From IMG/VR virus record IMGVR_UViG_3300043409_000956, positions 1 to 64,000 of that record: a stretch of DNA of 64,000 nt. One strand, given 5' to 3'. A program made the position numbers and the translations under genes. Every line of letters begins with the position of its first letter. Position 1 is the stretch's first letter. Below, in pieces: positions 37,070 to 43,901 of the stretch. The notes under the pieces are model-generated. The model was not told where the DNA came from, searched no databases, and saw only the letters and a program-made list of their open reading frames with translations. The DNA is from a virus.

Positions 37070-39604
37070 ATGAACTTATACGACCTATCTCATCCTAGCA
37101 AAAAGAAAAAACAACAACTAGCCATGGAAAGCCGCCTGGCTGAATTTGCACCACCTGGTGGAGATGATGGCGGTCCCGACGAAGATGAGATACTATTCAA
37201 ACTAGCCAAACAATGGTGGCTTGGCACTGAACAAGACATGATTCGTGTGGAACGCACACTAGCATCAATGGGTTGGGAAATTGGTGAAGATGAAGGCAGT
37301 TATGACGACGGTGGTGTGTTTGTTGTACGTGCCGGTGATGTCAACGGTAAAAGTTATCAGTCATGGCCGCATGAGGAATTAGTAACGGAAGGTGCCACGG
37401 TAACAACAACCCCTGGATCCGTTGAGCCAGGTGGTGCAGTAGACAACTTTAAACAACAGATGGCCAACAATACTGAACTTGCATATCAGAAAAAACAACA
37501 AGGCATGGCCGAAGGTGACACTGTAGTCAAACACCGTATCGGCCTAACTGTCACAGACCCCAACCACCCCATGGCGAGCAAGCGCAACGAACCCTTTCAA
37601 CGGACTGTGCGTGTGCCCGGCGATGATCCTGCCAAGGCCATCAATGCGGCCATTGCACACTATCGCCGCAAAGGTTACAAAGTGCATGACCATCACTACA
37701 TGGGCACAGTGGACTATACCATAGACGAAGCGGCACCCGATTGGTTGAGACGCACAGCCGGTGCGGCCACAGGTGCATTGGCCGGTGTTGGTGCAAGTTT
37801 CCCCGGTGCGGCCATTGCAGGTCCCATTGGTGGTGCAGTGGCAGGTGCATACGGAGCCAAAGCCGGATATGATTTAGGTGCCGATGCCGCTGACTGGGTA
37901 TATGACAAAGTCACTGGCGAACGAGTTCCGGCAGACAAGACCGAGGTTGATGAAGCATTAACAATGAAGCATCAGCGAGCTCATACAACTCAAAGACGCC
38001 CCGACATCAGCAATAGCCTGGCCGATAGAGACTTTGACATGTCAGAGAAACCCAATGTTGCCAAGAGTGCAGATGGTCACCCCACAGTCAAGTGGCGTCA
38101 TCATGGCCATGCCGGACATACTAGAGTTGAGCCCACACTGAACCCGACCACAGTGCAACGCAAGGACACAAGACCCATACCATCTTTCTTGAAGAAAGGC
38201 ATGGCGGAAGACGCAGAAAACTTTAACGGCATTGAGTTATCAATGAAGATACAACTCCAAGATGTTGAATATGTTGATGATGAAGATTATGATAATCAAG
38301 TAATATATGTCACTGCTAGTAGCAACGGTAGGGAACTGGGGCATGTGTTATTTTCGTTTGATGGTGAGTATTTAATGCCTCAGGATTTAGAAGTAGAAGA
38401 AAAGTATCGTGGACAGGGCATTGCTCAAACAATGTATGATTATGTAAAGAGCAAAGGATATAAAATACGCCGCAGTGGACAACAAACTGATGCAGGCGCT
38501 GGATTTTGGGACAAACATAAACCTGGAAAAAATGTCTGGGAACAAGGTGTGGCGGAAGGCTCACTAAACGAATTTGCACCAGATGGCTTTAACGGTGATG
38601 ACGATGAAGGATTCAGTCCGGAAATTGCCAAGATGGCGTATGATGCTGGTAGTGTCAAGGGCGTGAGCCTTGCTGACGGTGCTACATTAGCCAGAGCAAT
38701 GGCGATAACGGAGTGGGACAAACAAGACGGTGGCATTTACACCCAGCACTTTGCAAAAGGCTTCAAAGCAGGTCGTATGAATAAAATCAATCACCACAAT
38801 AAACAATACAATCTCAACTTGAAGTTGATGAAAGATGGTAGCATTAGACGCGGTCAGCAAGGTGTGGCGGAAGGTTCATTAGAAGAAGATGAATATGATA
38901 AAATGCTAAGAGATTTGTTGAAGGCAAGACCTGACTTAACTAAAAAATATGCCAAAGATGTTCAAAAGTCAAAAGATATTGAAAGTGGCAAAGAGTTAAA
39001 CAAACTTGTTAAAAAGAATCCTGGTGTATTGAAAACATACAGTGATGCTGTAAAGAGAGATAAGAAACTAGGTGTGGCGGAAGGTGGATACCGTCAAGGT
39101 TTTGCAGATCCCAACGCACCCAGTCTAGGTGGCAGTCGTAGAAAAGATGACGAAGGCAACTCAGAGTTTGATGACCGTCAGCGTAGACAAACCGGAATGA
39201 TATTCTACAAGGTTGACGACGCCGAACTAGCACAACAACTAGGACTCAAACAAACTCGTGCAGGCAAGTGGTATTTGCGTACAGGTAACAGACATGCACA
39301 ACAGACTGCTGACCGTGCATTTGGCCTGGGACGCATTTGGTATCCAAAGAATGAAACTGTAGAGTCAGAAGAGCTCGGCGAACTCAGCAATGAGTTGTTG
39401 GGTCGTTACAAAAAAGAACTAGGTATCCGTGCTAGTGCCGCAGATCGAGCAGGCAACTTTGACAAAGGTCACGAATACTTTAAAAAAATCAACCGAGCAA
39501 CTGTTCGCCAAGGTGATAATGATGCTCGCAGACACGCAGAAAAAGAAAACGATGTAATGGAAACTCGTTTAAATATGATGCGTAAGGCAGGATACGATCT
39601 ATGA
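37070..39604 (+). CDS. Modular polyprotein-like protein (about 844 aa) with glycine-zipper and GNAT acetyltransferase modules separated by G(V/M)AE repeats
   Basis: ATG at 37070; GNAT motif A VEEKYRGQGIAQTMY...QTDAGAGFW; five G(V/M)AE(G/D) junctions. Confidence 0.75.
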   Translation: MNLYDLSHPSKKKKQQLAMESRLAEFAPPGGDDGGPDEDEILFKLAKQWWLGTEQDMIRVERTLASMGWEIGEDEGSYDDGGVFVVRAGDVNGKSYQSWPHEELVTEGATVTTTPGSVEPGGAVDNFKQQMANNTELAYQKKQQGMAEGDTVVKHRIGLTVTDPNHPMASKRNEPFQRTVRVPGDDPAKAINAAIAHYRRKGYKVHDHHYMGTVDYTIDEAAPDWLRRTAGAATGALAGVGASFPGAAIAGPIGGAVAGAYGAKAGYDLGADAADWVYDKVTGERVPADKTEVDEALTMKHQRAHTTQRRPDISNSLADRDFDMSEKPNVAKSADGHPTVKWRHHGHAGHTRVEPTLNPTTVQRKDTRPIPSFLKKGMAEDAENFNGIELSMKIQLQDVEYVDDEDYDNQVIYVTASSNGRELGHVLFSFDGEYLMPQDLEVEEKYRGQGIAQTMYDYVKSKGYKIRRSGQQTDAGAGFWDKHKPGKNVWEQGVAEGSLNEFAPDGFNGDDDEGFSPEIAKMAYDAGSVKGVSLADGATLARAMAITEWDKQDGGIYTQHFAKGFKAGRMNKINHHNKQYNLNLKLMKDGSIRRGQQGVAEGSLEEDEYDKMLRDLLKARPDLTKKYAKDVQKSKDIESGKELNKLVKKNPGVLKTYSDAVKRDKKLGVAEGGYRQGFADPNAPSLGGSRRKDDEGNSEFDDRQRRQTGMIFYKVDDAELAQQLGLKQTRAGKWYLRTGNRHAQQTADRAFGLGRIWYPKNETVESEELGELSNELLGRYKKELGIRASAADRAGNFDKGHEYFKKINRATVRQGDNDARRHAEKENDVMETRLNMMRKAGYDL
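37498..39085 (+). repeat. Dispersed in-frame direct repeat AGG(T/C)(G/A)TGGC(G/C)GAAG, five copies
   Basis: AGGTGTGGCGGAAGG is identical at about 38545, 38860 and 39070; variants AGGCATGGCGGAAGA at about 38197 and AGGCATGGCCGAAGG at 37501. Confidence 0.85.
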
Positions 39605-40032
39605 CACTATCAGAAACTACAAAAATAGCATTTGCTAGCGAATATACCTTTTATTTGAAGGCACACAACTTTCACTGGAATGTGGAAGGTGCTGACTTCC
39701 TAGAACATCACCAGTTGTTTGGCATGATCTACGAAGAAGTATACGGTGCCATTGACGATTTTGCAGAAAAGATTCGCGGCATCGGTAGTTATGTGCCAGC
39801 CAGCTACACCAGATTCAGTCAATTGAGTCAAATTGGTGACGAGACCAACATACTCAGCCCGGGTGCCATGTTGCATGAACTATCAGAAGACAATGAAAAA
39901 ATGTTGTTGGTACTGAAGATGGCTTATGATGCAGCCGAACAAGCCGGCGAGCATGGATTCTCAAACTTCTTAGCTGAACGGTTAGATGCACATCGTAAAC
40001 ACGGTTGGATGTTGAGAGCAAGTCTAAAATAA
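39601..40032 (+). CDS. dps: Dps/ferritin-like DNA protection protein
   Basis: KAHNFHWNVEG.DF...H.LF..IYEE...D.FAEKIR and H.K..WML motifs. Confidence 0.92.
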   Translation: MTLSETTKIAFASEYTFYLKAHNFHWNVEGADFLEHHQLFGMIYEEVYGAIDDFAEKIRGIGSYVPASYTRFSQLSQIGDETNILSPGAMLHELSEDNEKMLLVLKMAYDAAEQAGEHGFSNFLAERLDAHRKHGWMLRASLK

Positions 40033-40733
40033 TGTTGCCCATCATAGCAACATTGGTGATGACACATATCACCATCATATGTGTCACAGTTTTCCTACAC
40101 CGCGGACAAGCACATCGCGGATTGATATTTCATCCTGTACTTAGTCACTTTATGCGAGCCTGGCTTTGGCTAACAACCGGAATGGTCACTAAACAATGGG
40201 TAGCCATACATCGTAAGCATCATAGGTTCAGTGATGTTGCGGGTGACCCACATAGCCCACACGTATATGGAATTGGACGAGTATTGTTTAAAGGAGCAAT
40301 GTTATATCATGAAGCAAGCAAAGATACGGACATGGTTAATACATATGGTGCTGGTACTCCTGCTGATTGGATGGAGCTTCACGTATACCAGCCTTACTCT
40401 AGACTTGGCATTGGCATTCTCTTTGTGCTAGACGTCTTGGTGTTTGGATGGTGGGGTCCTGTAATTTGGGGCATCCAGATGATATGGATACCGTTTTGGG
40501 CAGCCGGAGTCATAAACGGCGTTGGTCATTGGATTGGGTATCGTAATGGTGAAACCAAAGATCATAGTCGTAACATCGTGCCTTGGGGCATTGTCGTTGG
40601 TGGAGAGGAGTTGCACAACAATCACCACCTGAACCCAGCAAGTCCCAGGCTCAGCAAGACCTGGTTTGAATTTGATGCAGGCTGGATGTACATAAATATT
40701 TTTAAATCGCTTGGACTACTTAAAATTAAATGA
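40032..40733 (+). CDS. Acyl-lipid/acyl-CoA delta-9 fatty acid desaturase
   Basis: Histidine boxes HRGQAH, HRKHH and HNNHH; DPHSP; GEEL. Confidence 0.92.
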   Translation: MLPIIATLVMTHITIICVTVFLHRGQAHRGLIFHPVLSHFMRAWLWLTTGMVTKQWVAIHRKHHRFSDVAGDPHSPHVYGIGRVLFKGAMLYHEASKDTDMVNTYGAGTPADWMELHVYQPYSRLGIGILFVLDVLVFGWWGPVIWGIQMIWIPFWAAGVINGVGHWIGYRNGETKDHSRNIVPWGIVVGGEELHNNHHLNPASPRLSKTWFEFDAGWMYINIFKSLGLLKIK

Positions 40734-41359
40734 CATTTTTCTATAAAGAATTAGACCTGCCACCCATACCAGAAGAATTACTAGCACATTTGCCCGAGAT
40801 CAGCGATGAGACAACTGCAAAAGATATCGGATATGGATACAGACATTTTAAAAATGGTGTAGAGTTGCATGCCTGCACCTACTCGTGGACTGTGATCAAC
40901 GAAGGAATAATGTTGCCATGGTTAAAACAAAATATACTGCCGATACAAAAACATTTAGCAAATGCCACAGTCGATATTCCAGTATACATGCAGACCGCGA
41001 CTCCGAGACACCCAGAAGGTGGGGTACATATTGTGCATTCTGATTTCAAAAGAATTGCCGGACTAAATTATCATTGGGCTCTGGGCGGTGACGCTGTTGT
41101 TAATCGATGGTACAAAGAAAAAGGCAAACCCTTACTGCGCCGTAAAACACAACGTGGGCGACAGTCGGATTCCGGGCGTGTTAAATATGATGATTTAGAA
41201 ATATTAGAAGAAGTTATTATAAAAAAGAATTGTTGGTATCTTATCAACGTGGCCTGCTTGCATGATGTACAAAACATCACCAGCACAAGACAAGGTATAA
41301 CAGTTCCATTTATTTCCAACAAAGTGTTGGAGTTGGCAGGTTTTACAGAACACCCTTAG
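40730..41359 (+). CDS. Hypothetical protein (possible double-stranded beta-helix/2OG-oxygenase fold)
   Basis: HSD...LNY...LHDV...R pattern; ends at a UAG inside a structured element. Confidence 0.55.
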   Translation: MTFFYKELDLPPIPEELLAHLPEISDETTAKDIGYGYRHFKNGVELHACTYSWTVINEGIMLPWLKQNILPIQKHLANATVDIPVYMQTATPRHPEGGVHIVHSDFKRIAGLNYHWALGGDAVVNRWYKEKGKPLLRRKTQRGRQSDSGRVKYDDLEILEEVIIKKNCWYLINVACLHDVQNITSTRQGITVPFISNKVLELAGFTEHP

Positions 41360-41448
41360 GACCGTAACTTAGGTTACGTGGGTGACCCGGCTGCTGGGTT
41401 CCAAATGTGGGAGTCGTGCCCCATCAAGCATTTGGTGAAGTGAGCACT
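41351..41448 (+). ncRNA. Candidate structured RNA (multi-stem, GC-rich), family unrecognised
   Basis: Stems CACCC/GGGTG, CGTAAC/GTTACG, ACCCG/TGGGT, CCAAATG/CATTTGG and TGGG/CCCA, followed by a T-run. Confidence 0.6.
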
Positions 41449-41481
41449 ATTTTTTTCTAAAGAATTGTGTTATAATCAATA

Positions 41482-42024
41482 ATGAAATCTGATCAATGGG
41501 CAATTACTCTCCCGCCAAGCAAGGACACAATAATCAGTAGCGCCGATTATCGTACATTGAAATTTGTACAGCTACTTGTTAGTAAAATGATTAACATATC
41601 TGTTGCGGAATTGAAAAAAAGTCCTAAACTAATTCTGTCAGATCAAGAACAAATAATCAATCTCATTTACCAAATAGTCAATGTTGAGTTAACTGGTATA
41701 GATACGTATAAGACTATTAGACAAGATCTTTATTATGTACACCATATTTCGGTAGATGTTACCAAAGAGTTCCTTACTATTGTCGGCGGTGTCGATACTG
41801 TCGTCGAACTTGCACATCAGTCCGAAATTAATAACTTAACTCAGTATATAGAACATTGTGATAATCATAAAAGTTTTGTTTTCAACTTGCTATACAATAC
41901 AGATTACAATAAATCTGCTGTTGAAATTTACAAATGGTTTCTCAACGAATTAACAAAATATCCGCCTGACACTAGTTATGTATCGTACAACCTGAATAAA
42001 CTGTTAAGTAACATTAACCTATGA
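41482..42024 (+). CDS. Hypothetical protein (AT-rich)
   Basis: 180-aa ORF after an extended -10 element (TGTTATAAT). Confidence 0.6.
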   Translation: MKSDQWAITLPPSKDTIISSADYRTLKFVQLLVSKMINISVAELKKSPKLILSDQEQIINLIYQIVNVELTGIDTYKTIRQDLYYVHHISVDVTKEFLTIVGGVDTVVELAHQSEINNLTQYIEHCDNHKSFVFNLLYNTDYNKSAVEIYKWFLNELTKYPPDTSYVSYNLNKLLSNINL

Positions 42025-43202
42025 ACAGCGACGTTAATACATTAATAAAATCCAATAGCACATTAACATTGAGGCTATCTACACCTATCAACAACATAAA
42101 AGGTAGATATTGGATTAATCTAAGAACTATGTTGTTTGGAGTCACCGACATTAGAGCCAGAGTCGGAACTTTTAGTAACCCGTGGTCAACTGAATTGTCT
42201 GACACTTACCGAGTGCCTCCGTTAATTTATATAAATGATAAACTCAAAGATATAGTTGACGCAAGAGCTGTTGAATTAAATCAGTATGCCAAAAAAACCA
42301 ACAAACGAATATTAATACAATGGAGCGGTGGTATAGATTCGACGTTGGTTCTTTCTGCATTTATTAAAAACATATCAGCGGCTGATTTATTAAATGTTTC
42401 TGTTATTCTAACACTTAATTCAATCATTGAAAATTATGACTTTTACTGTACACAAATAGCAGGAAAGATATCATGTATAAATTGGTTAGATATTGAGATA
42501 ACCGACGATGTACTAAGAAATAATATCATTCTACACGGAGACCCGGCTGATTGTTTATTTGGTCCCAGTATATCAATGTACCAATCATTGATGCACGATA
42601 ATACTCATTTAGCACCATTTAAAGATAATATAAACTTAGTTGCAAGAACTATAGATCGTTCAAAACTTGATGTTGTAAACAAATATCAAATTCGAGGATT
42701 TGGTAAATGGTATGCTGAAAAAATAACTGATAATCTATTGGAGATTGCACCTGACAATATTACCAGTATTGCTGATTGGTGGTGGTGGCACTATTTTAAT
42801 TTTAAATGGCAATTTAGCCTATCAAGACCTTTCCTACGCAGAAGAACAAATGGTAACGAAGACGTTGGGTTATCTCCGGTCCTTGTTACAGAATTTTTGG
42901 AAACAGCTTTTTTTAATACAGACCGTTTCCAGCAGTGGAGTTATAGTAACTTGCCATATCTAGTGGGAAATGATATAAAAAATCACAAACAAGAAGCCAA
43001 ACAATACATTTACGAATTAGACAAGAATCAAAAATATTTAAGTTGTAAAACCAAAGTAGAGTCCATGCCGGTGTATGATCACGGGCTTGTACTAAACTTA
43101 CGTAGACCAATAATGTGGGATCAGCAATGGAAAGGCTATCATACAAACTATCCAGACTTGCTACCAACATGTGTAGAACATTTAGAAAAATATAAAGGTT
43201 AA
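42021..43202 (+). CDS. PP-loop (adenine nucleotide alpha-hydrolase) family protein
   Basis: WSGGIDST motif; HGDPADCLFG resembles asparagine synthase G.G.D.LFG. Confidence 0.65.
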   Translation: MNSDVNTLIKSNSTLTLRLSTPINNIKGRYWINLRTMLFGVTDIRARVGTFSNPWSTELSDTYRVPPLIYINDKLKDIVDARAVELNQYAKKTNKRILIQWSGGIDSTLVLSAFIKNISAADLLNVSVILTLNSIIENYDFYCTQIAGKISCINWLDIEITDDVLRNNIILHGDPADCLFGPSISMYQSLMHDNTHLAPFKDNINLVARTIDRSKLDVVNKYQIRGFGKWYAEKITDNLLEIAPDNITSIADWWWWHYFNFKWQFSLSRPFLRRRTNGNEDVGLSPVLVTEFLETAFFNTDRFQQWSYSNLPYLVGNDIKNHKQEAKQYIYELDKNQKYLSCKTKVESMPVYDHGLVLNLRRPIMWDQQWKGYHTNYPDLLPTCVEHLEKYKG

Positions 43203-43210
43203 ATTTCTAT

Positions 43211-43239
43211 TTGCTTTTTCCAATAAGTTAGTGTAAAAT
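43211..43239 (+). promoter_or_regulatory. Sigma70-type promoter
   Basis: TTGCTT-17 nt-TAAAAT, followed by an AGGAG RBS. Confidence 0.55.
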
Positions 43240-43261
43240 ACATTTTTAACTAGGAGACACT

Positions 43262-43528
43262 ATGTCACAAGGACCACGCATGTTCAGCGGCGAACAAAAA
43301 GCCAAACTCACACAACTCATCAACGAAGGCATGCAAGTCATGATGGAAGTTGATACCTTAAATGAAGGCTTGGCTGATACAGTTAAAGCCATTGCAGAAG
43401 AACTTGAAGTCAAACCTGCTGTGCTTAAAAAAGCAATTCGAATTGCACACAAAGCCGCGCTGGGACAAACCAATGCAGATCACGAAGAACTAAACACTAT
43501 TTTAGAGACTGTTGGTAAAACTCTGTAA
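43262..43528 (+). CDS. Small helical DNA-binding protein (T4 DsbA/GapR-like)
   Basis: Coiled coil followed by a KAIAEELEVKPAVLKKAIRIAHK pattern. Confidence 0.55.
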   Translation: MSQGPRMFSGEQKAKLTQLINEGMQVMMEVDTLNEGLADTVKAIAEELEVKPAVLKKAIRIAHKAALGQTNADHEELNTILETVGKTL

Positions 43529-43818
43529 TGAATGACATCCTCAGTGGAACCTCTAACTGGATCAAAGAAGATTATAAAAGCGATAGACTTCGTTTTTGTT
43601 TTGAGGTTTTGGCTTGGGCTATATCTATTGGCTGTAGTATCACTATGGCCCTCACCGTGCCTAATCCTCCCCTTCTCACCATGTACCCAATTTGGATTAC
43701 AGGTTGTGCTATATATGCTTGGTGCGCTTATAGTCGTCGTTCCTTTGGTATGCTGGCTAATTATATCCTGCTGGTCACTATCGACACCGTTGGACTCGTG
43801 CGTATGCTCATCCAATGA
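43528..43818 (+). CDS. Small membrane protein
   Basis: Three hydrophobic segments. Confidence 0.65.
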   Translation: MNDILSGTSNWIKEDYKSDRLRFCFEVLAWAISIGCSITMALTVPNPPLLTMYPIWITGCAIYAWCAYSRRSFGMLANYILLVTIDTVGLVRMLIQ

Positions 43819-43835
43819 AGATAAATATTATCACT

Positions 43836-43889
43836 AGTCTCGCCGGACTTGAAACGGCATGAAGAGTTGTGTAAGCTCAAAGTTACGCA
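43836..43889 (+). promoter_or_regulatory. Structured 5' leader of polB (two predicted H-type pseudoknots)
   Basis: AGTC/GACT interleaved with GCCG/CGGC; GAGT/GCTC interleaved with TGTGTAA/TTACGCA; abuts the AAGGA RBS. Confidence 0.5.
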
Positions 43890-43901
43890 AAGGACAGATG
43901 A

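Noticed and set aside
37498-39085. The G(V/M)AE repeats as a CRISPR array
   Set aside because: The repeat is only about 15 bp, spacing is irregular (about 210-700 bp), all copies are in frame in one ORF, and no cas genes are present.
41351-41448. tRNA or hammerhead ribozyme
   Set aside because: No TTCG T-loop, cloverleaf or CCA end, and no CTGATGA/GAAA hammerhead core.
42021-43202. Calling this gene queC
   Set aside because: It shares only SGGxDS, lacks the QueC CxxCxxC Zn motif and is too long.
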